A stretch of DNA of 64,000 nucleotides from Octopus bimaculoides. Its lineage: Eukaryota. A program made the position numbers and the translations under genes. Location of the stretch: positions 39,130,657-39,194,656 of the forward strand of contig NC_068984.1 of NCBI RefSeq assembly GCF_001194135.2, in the 5' to 3' direction. The notes under the pieces were generated by a model, which had not been told where the DNA came from, searched no databases, and saw nothing but the letters and a program-made list of their open reading frames with translations. This document shows positions 25,095-37,902 of this stretch, piece by piece. The stretch's first letter is position 1. Every line of letters starts with the position of its first letter.

Positions 25095-26587
25095 GTCCAA
25101 CCTAGCTAACACCAAAGTAGGAAGGTAGACAAACCACAAACCCCTTCAGGTAGATGGCCCTGCTCGATCTGTAGAAAAGGCGTAGGTAGAAACTCCATAA
25201 GATGTACCCAGTGTAAGCTATGGACACATAAGAGGTGCAGCAATATCAAAGGAAGGCTAACTAGGAAGTTAGTTTTTGTATGTGGCAGATGTTCAGGAGC
25301 AATAAACACTAAAAATGTGCAGAAAACAACTTCTGCCACATTCCAGGCAGAAAAACTAGACGTAGTTGATAGCTTCCATTACCTAGATGACCAAGTCAGT
25401 AGTAGGGGAGGGTGCGCTGAAAGTAGCTGCTAGAATAAGAATACCCTGGACAAAGTTCAGAGAGCTCTTACCTCTGCTGGTGACAAAGGGCTTCTTGCTC
25501 GGAGTAAAAAGCAGACTTCATGACGCATGTGTATGAACAGCCATGCTACATGGCAGTGAAACATGGGCTATGACTGCTGAGGACATGCATAAGCTCACAA
25601 AGAATGAAGCCAGAATGCTCCGATGGATGTGTATTGTCAGTGTGCATACTCGACAGAGTGTAAGTACCTTGAGAGAAAAGTTGAACCTAAGAAGCATCAG
25701 TTGTGGTGTGCAAGAGAGTCGATTGTGCTGGTATGGTCATGTGGCGAGAATGGATGAGGATAGCTGTGTGGAAAAGTGCCACAGCCTAGCAGTTGAGGGG
25801 ACCTGTGGAAGAGGTAGACTCAAGAAGACCTGGGATGAAGTGGTGAAGCACAACCTTCGAACATTAGGCCTCACCAAGGCAATGACTTATGTGTGAAAAG
25901 ACCCGGCAAGCCAAGTGAGACCATAATCCGAGGCTTCTGCCAAGGGTGTGGCCAGCCCACTTATGTGTACCTTTCCTTCATTGGACACTAAACTCCGCTT
26001 GTGAAGACCTGTTGAGGCAAGTGAAATCGAACCAAATTTGATGACTGGTACCTATGCCAACATCTCCTTCATTGGACACTAAACTCTTGCGAAGACCTGT
26101 TGGGGACAAGTGAAATCGAAATTGTGATGGCACTTGTACCAGTGGAGCGCTAAGAGCACCGTCTGAGCTTGATCATTGCCAGAGCAGCTGTCTGGCTTCC
26201 GTGCCAGTGGGACATAAATGGCACCATTTGAGCATGATCGTTACCAGCGTTGCCTTACTGGCACTTGTGCCGGTGGCACGTGAAAAAACATTCGAGCGAG
26301 GTCGTTGCCAGTGTCGCTAGACTGGCTCTTGTGCAGGTGGCACGTAAAATACACCATTTTGAGCGTGGCCGTTGCCAGTACCACCTGACTGGCCTTCGTG
26401 CCGGTGGCACGTAAAAGCACCCACTACACTCTCAGAATGGTTGGCGTTAGGAAGGGCATCCAGCTGCAGAAACTCTGCCAAATCAGATTGGAGCCTTGTG
26501 TAGCCTTCTGGTTCACCAGTCCTCAGTCAAATCATCCAACCCATGCTAGCATGGAAGGCGGACGTTAAACGATGATGATGATGATGA
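25095..26587 (+). mobile_element. 5'-truncated RTE LINE including a PHD-like Cys/His motif
   Basis: WPCSICRKGVGRNSIRCTQCKLWTHKRC...FVCGRC, VVDSFHYL, ORF 25543-25896, 3' UTR repeats and (GAT)n tail. Confidence 0.92.
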
Positions 26588-29500
26588 TATCTTACCATTG
26601 TAATTTTTTTTTTCGTTATGTGTTAGTGTATTTCAAATTTCTTTAATAGTTGTTAAATTAACACCAGTATGCAAATTAGCATGCTTTGTATGAGTAATAT
26701 GTTTTTTCTCCTTAGAAAAGAATTTTTCAAACTTAATTTTATAGCAAAATGACTTAGGTGAACTGAGATGATAACATAACTCTTAACTTCCTGTTTGATT
26801 CAGTACTGCATAAGACAACATCAGTCAGCCTGTTCCGAAATGCATAATATAACAAGAACTGTACTAACCTTGTTTACATCATTTGAAGGAAGTGAAGAAC
26901 TTCCTATTTTAAGGGAGAAAACTCTAATCCCGTCTATCATTCATTTCTGTTCTGTAACAGAATCATTACATGACTGGACATTTGACATAATTTTTGGCAG
27001 GATGTTAAGAGTTAATTTGATTTTGCTCTCAGTTTTATGCCTTGACTACACTGTCACAAACTGGGGTACATTCTCTGATTTCACAGTAAAATTATATTTT
27101 AAACAAAAATGTACTTCAGGATAATAATTTTAATTTTGAAGCTGTGCTGTTGTTTTATTAGTAAAAAATTGAAGATAAATGATAAATAGTAAATAAAACA
27201 GAGAAAGATCACAGTTAGGCTAGAGGAGCTGTTTCAGAGAACACAAAGCTCAAGAATGACGCATATTCAAGCATTCCCGACAAAGAGTTATGTATTATGG
27301 GATTAACTTAGTCAAATTAATGCTTAACTCTTAAGCATTCAGTTTAGTCTGTCAAATGTAATGCATATTTATTCATATTGTTTTGAAGTAATCATGCATT
27401 AGATTGTAACTTTGAGATTTCAATGATGTGATTGTTCATTTTAGAATGACATTGAAAGGTAGGTGTGAAAGGTGGGATCTGGCCTGTTTAAACATAAAAC
27501 AAGTAGAATATTTGTATTTGATATGGCTGGTTTAAATGCTCAAGTGTTAAATATCCTTGTAATGAAAGCTGAGCTTCATTTTTGCAATATAATAGGAGAT
27601 TGTTTTCAGTGACCAGGAGTAAGAATATTTGTTAATTTCTGCTAAAATCAAATGAAAAGAAGATCAAGTGCAGAAATCTTTCCTTAAATCTCCCTTAATA
27701 AATTTTAAGAAACTATTTCTAGCAGTTCTGAACTCATTAGCGTTTGCTTAGCCTATCAAGCTAAAATGTATATGACACTCCTTCACATTTGATGAGTTGA
27801 CATGAAGATGCTCACTCAACTGTAAAAAACACCTGCTCTAATAATACTGGTTTTCAATAGAGGAACATGATGTAAAAGAAATATAAAAAAAAAAAAATTT
27901 AAAAAAATGAATAAACACATGTCAGTACTCCCTATAGATTACTATTAATATTTCTTTTACCTGCTATATTTGCTTTTATAAACACGTTTGTATCAATGAA
28001 CTATTTGCTGCTGCTGCTGCTACTGCTGCTTTTACTTTATATTCCAGAATGTTGCAGTATTTGTTCATGGGAGAATTTGAACTTAGTACTGCAGGTTGTT
28101 GTTGTTGTTGTTGTTTGGCTTCAGGTCAGTCCTAATTGCAGAGACTTATTGCATATAGGTAATCAGTCTGCCAAAAGGCAAGGTGTGGCAGGTAATTTTG
28201 CTCTGAAATTAAACTCGGGGAACATGCAATAAGTTTTTTTGATAGTACAATGAGGATATCAAACTTACTGCAGAATCAGACTTTAAACAGCCATCAAAGT
28301 TCTCTTAGGTTATGTTGCCATATTATCGAGAAAGCGAAATCGTGACGGCACTTGTGCCCAGCGTCACCTTCCTGGCACTTGTGCCGGTGGCACGTGAAAA
28401 AACATTCGAGCAAGGTCATTGCCAGTGCCGCTGGACTGGCTCCTGTGCAGGTGGCACATAAAATACACCATTTTGAGCGTGGCCGTTGCCAGTACCGCCT
28501 GACTGGCCTTCATGCCGGTGGCATGTAAAAGCACCCACTACACTCTCGGAGTGGTTGGCATTAGGAAGGGCATCCAGCTGTAGAAACTCTGCCAAATCGG
28601 ATTGGAGCCTGGTGTAGCCATCTGGTTCACCAGTCCTCAGTCAAATCCTCCAACCCATGTCAGCATGGAAAGCGGACGTTAAATGATGATGATGATGATG
28701 AATCCCTATATGTAAACAACAGCTTCAAATATATTATCCTTTTGCTGTAACCACACTGAAGATTCTGACATTCAGTGGTTAATTGTATTAGGGTGCACAC
28801 TGGCAGTGTGAACATATTCCCTCAGTTCCTGCATGCCTGTTGCTATGTTTGTGTTGCTCAGCTCTGATTGAGAAGACTTATGATTAAAGGTATTTCAGCC
28901 ATAACTATCTTGCTTTTTCTGTATATTTAGAACCAGTTACACACACACATATACATATATACATTCATACACAGACATATATACAAATTCATACATGTGT
29001 GTGTGTGTATACACACACACATCCATACACACAATGGGTTTCTTTTAATTTCTGTCTATCAAATTCACTCACAAGGTTTTTAGTCAAGAGCTATACCAGA
29101 AGACATTTGTCCAAGGTACTTTGTAGTGGGATTGAATCTAAAACCATGTGATTGCAAAGTGAAATTCATAATCTCATAGCCATGCTTGCACTTATTACAG
29201 ATGAAATATATTGGTTTCAAATTTTGGCACAAGGCCAGCAATTTCGGGGCAGGGGGCTAGTTGATTACATTGATCCCAGTACTCAACTGGTACTTATTTT
29301 ATTGACTATAAAGTTAAGCCAATAATACAGTGAGGCTTTGGTAGCAAGTGTGTTTAAGGGCTGCATCACCTATATAGTCTAGCAAAATCCTTCTCAAGGT
29401 TTTGGTTGGCCTGGGGCTGTAGTAGAAGACAGTTGCCCAAGGTACCATGCAATCAGACTGAACCCAGAACCATGTGGTTGGGAACGGAACTTCTTATCAC

Positions 29501-31197
29501 ACAGCCATGTCTTTTACTTTTATCTTTTATTTGTTGCAGTCATTGGACTGTGACCATGCTAGGGTACCACCTTGAAAGGTTGTTTAGTTGAACAAATCAA
29601 CCTCAGTACATATTTTTTAGTCTGGTACTTATTCTATCTGTCTCTTTTGCTAAGTTGCAGGAAAGTAAACAAACCAACACTAGCTGACAAGTAGTGTGTG
29701 TGCAAGTGTGCCACGTACATGCACACGCGTGCACACACACACACACGCACACATAATGGGCTTCCTGCAATTTCTGTCTACCAAATTGACTCACAAGGTN
29801 NNNNNNNNNNNNNNNNNNNNNNNNNNNNNNNNNNNNNNNNNNNNNNNNNNNNNNNNNNNNNNNNNNNNNNNNNNNNNNNNNNNNNNNNNNNNNNNNNNNN
29901 NNNNNNNNNNNNNNNNNNNNNNNNNNNNNNNNNNNNNNNNNNNNNNNNNNNNNNNNNNNNNNNGCACACATAATGGGCTTCCTGCAATTTCTGTCTACCA
30001 AATTGACTCACAAGGTTAGCCTGGGGTGGGGAGTATAGTACAAGACACTTACTCAAGGCGTCAAGCAGTGAGACTGAACCCAAAGCCACATAGTTAGAAA
30101 GTGATCCTCTTAACTACACAGACAAATCAAGGTTACATTTCATTTCTTGTAGTAGGTGAATTCATTAATCTTTGATCAGTAGTTCTGCATTCTAACCATA
30201 TATACATCACTCAAGTACATGTTTTGTCAGTTCATTGCTGCCTCAGAATCTTTTTCAAAAGTGTATGTACTGTCATTGAAAATTGAGACCTGATATGCTA
30301 TTTTGAGATCTTAATGAGGTGGCTGTATTCAGTACCAAACCAGCATGCTGGGCAACTTATATTTCCTTGTGGTTGGTGATTCTATATACTGCCGCTGCTG
30401 CTGCCGCCACCACCGTCACCACTATCATCATCATCATATGTCTGTTTTCCATGCTGGCATGGATTGGATGGCTTCACAGGAGTCGGAAAGGCCAAAGGGT
30501 GCATCAGGTTCCATTGTCTGTTTTGGCTTGGTTTCTATAGCTTGATGCCCTTCCTAAAGCCAACCACTTTACAGAATGTATTGGGTGCTTTTTACATGGC
30601 ACCATCATCAGTGCTTTTTATGTAGCACCAGCACCAGTGCTCTTTACCTGGCAGCAACACCTGACTTCATTCATACCTTATGCTTGACTGGAGCCACTCA
30701 ACAATTTGGTATTTATTGTGTCATCAATACACATTGTCCTATCAAATACATTACAATTATTTTTATGATCATTATTCTTTAGGTCAGCCTTGACTGGACA
30801 AAGGCATTTCTATCATGATATGCGTCTTACTTCAGAATTGTACATCTCAGACTTCCTTATTCAATATGCACTTCCCTTTTGAAAATAGTAGGGGGTACTT
30901 TGAAGGAAATTTGGCTGCTGTTTCTCTACTATATCTAGTAGAGAGAAGCTCTCTTGGCTGACATGTCTTTATGATGTTTGTTTTCAGAGGAGATATCATT
31001 TCAACTTTTCTAGATAATAAACTTCTAATACAGAAATTAAAAAAAAATGATTGCAAAATTATAATAAGTTTGTTTCCCTGCTACGTGATTCTGGGTTCAG
31101 TCCCACTGTGTAGCACTTTAGGCAAGTGTCTTGTACTATAGCTTTGGGCTGACCAAGTCATTGAGTGGATTCAGTAGATGGAAACAGACAGAAGCCC

Positions 31198-31280
<83 letters not shown>

Positions 31281-33649
31281 ATGCGTGTTTGTGTTTATCC
31301 CACATTACCATTTAACAACTGGTGTTGGTTTGTTTACATCTCCGTAAGCTAGTGGTTTGGTAAAAAGTTACTGATAGAATAAGTACTAGTCTTAAAAATA
31401 AGTACTGGGGTTGATTTATTTGACTAAACTCGTCGATGCAATGCCCCAGCATGGCCACAGTCCAATGACTGAAACAAATACAAAGTTAAATGATAAAAGA
31501 AACTATACGTACTATGCACACCCATACACACACACACACACATCAAAGAAAATGCCATCTCATAACATTACGTATGTTACTTGACTCCTCTGTTTGATAA
31601 TACAGGGCTTGTGAAGAATTTTTGAAGGTAAGCTGTAATCTGGATTAAATATTCATGTTAAAGGTCTGTTGGCTTATCAAGACAAAAATTGTACACGAAA
31701 TAAGACAATGGCTGTTAACTTTTGAAAATCTCCAGCTGACGTAGAACTTGAATTTGTGACTAAAAAAATATAATGGCTATTTCTAGAAAATGTTTAACCA
31801 ATGCAAAAATGGCACACATAAAACAATGAGTGGCATCCTTTTTTTTTTCCTTAGTTTTAGAATTACAACTTTTTTTTGTTATTTCTTTTTTTTTTGTGTC
31901 TGCTTCTTTGCTTTTTCTCATTCTCTCTTTCCCTTTATTGTCTGCTTGCCTGCCTGTCTGTCTGTTTCTCTCCTGTATGTCTCTCTCTTTCTCTCTCTCT
32001 CCTGTATGTGTCTTTCTCTTTTGTCTTTCTTACTCTCCATCCTATTTGTTTCTTAGTGTGTCTTGCCCTTCTATCACGGCACTGTAGGTCTCATTATCTA
32101 TCTATCTGTCTGTCTGTCTGTCTCTCTGTCTCTTCCTCTCTCCCACCCATCATGCACTTTGTCATCACATCTGTCTGCATCTGCATGTCAACGTATGTGT
32201 GTCTCTCTCTTTCTCTTTTTTAGGCTTCTCCTTCCCCACCTTTCTGTCTGTCTTTGTTACACCCCACCCCATTAACCAATGTAGTCATTTTACTGTTCCA
32301 ATTTTGTTCTGTTTTATTTTTAAAGAAATTATACTCCCTGTACCTTTCAGAGATGAGATGACAGAATGGGTAAGCTATCATATTACCTAGCATGGATCAT
32401 CAGTTGTTGTTTGGATGTTGGTCAACCATGAGAAGCAGACCTTATTATTTTAAGGGCATTTCAGCCTTGACCAACCTTGCTTTTATTTTCTAAACGAAAT
32501 ATACATTTAAAACTACATGATCTAATATTACTCTTCTTTTTTTAAAACAGTAGAGTGTGATTTAAGAGAGATTCGGGTACTATTTGCAGCAGATCATGCA
32601 ACTTCGTACAGAGGCTGCCCCATTAACTTGAGGCTCATGAATTTGAATTTGATGCTGGTGTTCCATTGTGATTTGGAGTAGAATATTTTATTTTACTTTG
32701 CCTTAATTCACCTACCTGTCAGGAATTGTTACCAAATCACCTGGGAATGTCACCAGCAATAAATGAGCTAATGAGAGAAGTTCTTTGTGATTTCTCAACC
32801 TGTTAGAAAAAGTAACCAAATTTCCCTCAGATTGTACCATCACCTTGAAAAGAGAACAACACATTGGATAATATAGTCCTTGGTATACTATGCTTGAAAG
32901 TAAGATTGGCTGATCTTGATTGGAATGCCTTTGATCAGTCATGCGCAATCTGCAACCTGCAAGATTTTTTGAATGGCATACCTTATAAAAAGTTACCATG
33001 AATCTTTTTACTAGTGCAGCTTACCTGATGATGAACCATGTCTCATGTACCCTGCTTCTCATAAAAGGTTGCCCGTACCTGCTTTGTTAGAACTAACTGG
33101 GGCCAAACAACAACAACAACCGCAATCACCAGCAATAAACTATTGTCTTATCCCTGAGTGAATTAATCTCTCCTTCATTTTATACTATGAAACCAGAGCC
33201 TAGCACCAGCTCTCAAGATGCTCCTTAATGATCAGAAGACCCTTTTCTTTGGAAAAAGTGAAATTTTATATTTCTAATCAAAGCAATTAATATCTTGTAA
33301 AATGATTTACCGTTCAGTTGGAACTGTTTTACATGCATTGCAATGACATGAATGTCTGCAATCTAATATATTTTTGAAATGGTTGTGCTATTGACATTTC
33401 ATCTCGTGCGTTAAAACTTATAGAAATCTATATGTAAGTGTACTGGAAATGGTTGTGCAAACAAAACAACTACAGTGGTTGTATCTACATGAACTTATTT
33501 CTACTTTCCACTAAATGTAAGCCTTGCCCAGTCTCAGTTTTGAGTGGGTTTACTAATGCAAAATATATACAGCGATATGTCAGTCGCAAAATGGCAGGTT
33601 ATGTGGTATACAAAATGTGAATAAAAAAAGATTGTTTGAAAGAGTGAAA

Positions 33650-34053
33650 GGCGCAGGAGTGGCTGTGTGGTAAGTAGCTTGCTTACCAACCACATGGTTC
33701 CGGGTTCAGTCCCACTGCGTGGCACCTTGGGCAAGTGTCTTCTACTATAGCCTCGGGCCGACCAAAGCCTTGTGAGTGGATTTGGTAGGCGGAAACTGAA
33801 AGAAGCCCGTCATATATATGTATATAAATATATATATATGTATGTGTGTTTGTGTGTTTGTGTTTGTCCCCCCATTATTGCTTGACAACCGATGCTGGTG
33901 TATTTACGTCCCCGTAACTTAGCGGTTCGGCAAAAAGAGACCAATAGAATAAGTACTAGGCTTCCAAAGAATAAGTCCTGGGGTCGAATTGCACGACTAA
34001 AGGCGGTGCTCCAGCATGGCCACAGTCAAATGACTGAAACAAGTAAAAGAGTA
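33650..34053 (+). mobile_element. tRNA-head SINE (family B, CORE-like, internal microsatellite); other copies at 6056-6252, 6765-7190, 17288-17406, 31085-31490, 37396-37517, 45424-45806, 2290-2460(-), 29030-29180(-), 29395-29510(-)
   Basis: gtggctgtgtggtaag / gggttcagtccc boxes; caccttgggcaagtgtcttct core; tail cagtcaaatgactgaaacaagtaaaaga. Confidence 0.85.
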
Positions 34054-34849
34054 ACATATTTACTGGGTAAGTCACGTGTAAAAATACACACACACACATA
34101 AAGATTACTTTTGGATGTTACTTATGAAGAATGTGAATTATATTCCTGTATGTTCACTGAGTATTGGTTATTCCAATTTTTAAAAAGTCACTGAGTGATG
34201 CTGTTTGTTATGCACTGAGATGTGGAAAAAGATCATAATTATTTTTTCTAAAGTAAAAACTGTGAAAACGTGGTAATACATTGGAGTTCCATAGTGGTAA
34301 TACTGGTTGCCTTTCACTTGATACACAACAGTACAGAAAAGCTGTCTGTAGAAAAACCCTGCAAGGTTTGGTTCAGTCTGTCAAAGTTTGATTTCTGCTT
34401 TGTAGTAAGGAAGGGATCCAGTTGTAGATAATGTGAATGACTGAAAAAGGCTCAAATATCGAGTGGTAGGGACATTTTAATAATTATAGCTGGATCTGTG
34501 TAGTTGCAACTTGTGTAAATTCTGTGGGAAATGGTTTACATACATTGGGAAGACTTCAACATGACAAAATTTTATTTTCCAACCTTTAAAAATGTAAAGT
34601 ACTTGATTACGTAAACAAATGTTTATGAGCAATGAATATAAAGAGATATGTAGCAAAAGCCATAGAACACAGCTAAACTCTTGGAAAGAAGCCTGCAATG
34701 TGAGTTTGATTCCCAATTGGCATTTTAATATGGTTAAAAAAATGTCACAATTTCACTTCCCTTTGTCTATACATATAATAAGGCTTAAAACGTTGTTAGC
34801 CCTCCCTAAAACCCCAAATATTTTCAATAAAAAATGTTAATAACTTTCA

Positions 34850-36680
34850 ATGACAGAGTCATCATCATTATCATCATTTAACCTCTGTTTTGCATGGTGG
34901 CATGGGTTGGATGGCTTGACAGGAGTTGCACCAAGTTTCATACTTGTTTTGGCATGGTTTCTATGGTTGGATGCCCTTCCTAATGTCAACCACTTTACAG
35001 AGTGTAGTGGGTGCTTTTTATGTGGAACCAGCACCAGTGTCTTCTATGTGGTACCAATACTTGTGTTTTTTACATGACACCAGCACCTACAGGGTCACTA
35101 AGTACCTTGCAAAACAAAAAACCCTCAACTGGGAGGTGGTGGGGTTGTATTGAAGGAGTGTGGCTTTGTGCCAGTTAAGAGATTTAAAGTGTTGAGGGGA
35201 CAGATATATAGATGTCTTGCTGCAGAGCAGAAATGAGTGTGAGTTGGAGAGTAAGATAATGAGAATGATAGTGAGAGTGATGATGGCAGAAATGTGTTGG
35301 GACATGCCCTTGAGGGACATTGGAATTAGTGAGAATAGGTGAGGTGATATAGAGGTTTGAGCAGGATGAGGTGACTAGCAAATAATGGAGAGAAATATAG
35401 AAGCTCAATGGCAAGGGTTGCAATAGATATGTGAGGGCATTGAGGGTTATAGCAGGTAAGCAAGGAGTTGATGATGGAGAATAGCACAGGCAGGGGAAAG
35501 AAGGTGCAGAAAGGAAGTGATTGGTGGAGACAGTTGGTAACAGTAGGTGATGGGTGTAGACAAAGGTAACTGAGACAGCCAAAGGGTACAGTATGTGCCT
35601 ATTCTGCTTTCAGGTGATAAAGGAAGTGATAGGTTTTAGGGGATGAAATCTAGGTGGAGGGAGAAAGTTGACAGAGCAGAGTCCTTCATGAGCATGCATT
35701 ACCAAGGTTGGCAGGTCTTGAGTACAGCAAGGTGCCAGATATATTGGTCCTTTGTCATCTCTTTTGTGAGGCTCAGTGTTTTTAAGGTCAGCCTTCAATA
35801 CTTCATCCCATATCTTCCAGGGTTTCCCTTTTCCACAAGTTCCACCCTCTTCTTTATGCAACTATCCTCATCCATATGCATCACATGACCAAACTAGCAT
35901 AGTTTTCTCTTTTGCACACTTCATTTAATTCCTCTGATGCCAAACTTTTCTCTCAATACACTAGGGCTCTGTCACACATGTACATTGACATTGCATATCA
36001 AGCAGAGCATACCAGCTTCATTTCTCTAGTCTTTGCATGTCTTCTGCTTTCAGGACTTACATCTCACTACCATGTAGCATTGTTATTCATACATATGCAT
36101 CATACAATCTTCCTTACACTTGGAGAGAGACCTTTGGTTGCCAACAAAGATAGAAGCTCTCTGAATTTTTTCCATCTTATTCATATTCTAGTAATTAGAT
36201 TTTTGGTACATCCTCTGCCGCTGCTAATTAGGTCACTTAGGTACCACTTTTCGAGAGTCTCTAGGGCATTTGAGGAAATCATTTTCCCATGTATCTAATC
36301 TTTATGGCTCCCGTACACCTTCCATATACAAACACTAATTTTCCTGTTAATCTTTGTACTATTCCACTGCACCTCTTGTGTGTCCATAGCTTGCACTGGG
36401 GACACCAATGGAATTCCTGCTAACACCTTTCCTACATATTAGGCAGGGTCATTTACCTGAAAGGGGTAGGGTCCTGTCTAATTTCTTGGTTACTAGGACC
36501 TTGGTCTTTGCTAAACTAACTTTGAGACCCTTTGATTCCAGATTTTGTTTCCACATCTGGAATTTCTTTTCTAGTTCTGTTACAGATTCTGCTATGAGGG
36601 CAAGATCATCAGCATATAACAGTTTCCATGAACTTTCAATCTTAAATTTATCTGTTATGGCTTCGAAGATGATGGTATAT
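34850..36680 (-). mobile_element. RTE LINE fragment (YADD through C-terminus) plus purine-rich spacer and diverged tail
   Basis: LLYADDLALIAES (YADD at 36605-36616), GLKVSLAKTKV, decayed PHD-like motif, GTCGKGKPWKIWDEVL; tail near 34850-35060. Confidence 0.8.
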
Positions 36681-36898
36681 TGTGTGTGTGTGTGTGTGGG
36701 GGGGGGTTTAAGGACATGTACACTAAATTCGTCATTGTACTCATAGCTAACCCATTGTACTCATAGCTAACCCTATATCAGTTTGACTGGTTGCAACTTT
36801 TTGACTATTACATTTAGTTCATGCATAATTTTGCTAAATTACGAGAGAATTTATAAATGCACTAAAATTAATTCCAAAGTTTCTTTTTAATTATTCAG

Positions 36899-37031
36899 GT
36901 TTCTGGATGTCATCGTTAATAATTCTGGTGGAAGAACCTATCTTACTCTTCTTTTTGAATACATTGACCAAGATCTGTCCAGTTTTCTTGAAAAATATCC
37001 TTCTCCAAGTTTGGAACAAGATATAATTCGG
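36899..37031 (+). CDS. CDK4/6: CDK4/6 coding exon 2 (FLDVIVNNSGGRTYLTLLFEYIDQDLSSFLEKYPSPSLEQDIIR)
   Basis: Acceptor ttattcag (36891-36898); donor CGG|GTAATT at 37032; 133 nt; hinge region. Not in the ORF track. Confidence 0.93.
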
Positions 37032-37517
37032 GTAATTAACCATATTTCTGAATTTTTCATATTTGAACATCGAAAGGAATGGTGGAAGTAAACTGAATCC
37101 ATTGCCTGCTTTCATACCAACACTTGGCTCTTCAGAGTCTTTAGAATCCACTCAGGCCATGTACCTGGTTTAAGGATAACATATTTCTGTCCTCCTACTA
37201 GTCTCACAAACTCTAAAAAAAGATACAAGCACTGTTTTCCACTGATTCAGCTATTAAAGAAATTTATCTACGGAGTAGATGATATGTATTGCAATAACTA
37301 ATTTTGTATCTTTAGACTCTGGTTTAAAATGTTACTTTGATCATCTTTCTTCTCATCCATTTAACAATCATGAAATAAGTATCTATAATATTCTTGTCTT
37401 GTGGCTGTGTGGTAAGAAGTTTGCATCCCAGCCACATGGTTCCAAGTTCAATCTCACTACACACCTTGGGCAAGTGTCTTCTGCAAGTGGTAGATGGAAA
37501 CTGAAAGAAGCCTGCGG

Positions 37518-37868
37518 AGATGTACTTGCATAGCAAGTGACCTGGTCTGAGATTGTGTGCTGGAACGAAAACAATTGCAGCGTGGAAGGTGTTTATAAGC
37601 CATTTAAAATAACACACAAAAACCGTTAGATTCACTTCAACATTTAAATTTAATTTGTCAAAATATTTTCGACGCTTTGAGACTGCGACCTGTTCACTGA
37701 CAAAATTCTGTGCTGCATCAAATGCAGCACAGAATTTTGTCAGTGAACAGGTCGCAGTCTCAAAGCGTCGAAAATATTTTGACAAATTAAATTTAAATGT
37801 TGAAGTGAATCTAACGGTTTTTGTGTGTTATTTTAAATGGCTTATAAACACCTTCCACGCTGCAATTG

Positions 37869-37870
<2 letters not shown>
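37518..37870. mobile_element. Foldback/MITE-like element containing a perfect 149-bp inverted repeat (37570-37718 / 37722-37870)
   Basis: Arms compared base by base are exact reverse complements; 3-nt loop CAA. Confidence 0.9.

Positions 37871-37900
<30 letters not shown>

Positions 37901-37902
<2 letters not shown>

Noticed and set aside
26220-26420. Regularly spaced repeats resembling a CRISPR array
   Set aside because: They are LINE 3' UTR tandem units with similar spacers, in eukaryotic DNA with no cas genes.
26795-27124. 109-aa ORF in intron 1
   Set aside because: No recognisable motif, TTG start, and no splice support.
33028-33157. ATGATGA...CTGA as a box C/D snoRNA
   Set aside because: No convincing terminal stem or recognisable rRNA guide, and it overlaps repeat-like sequence.
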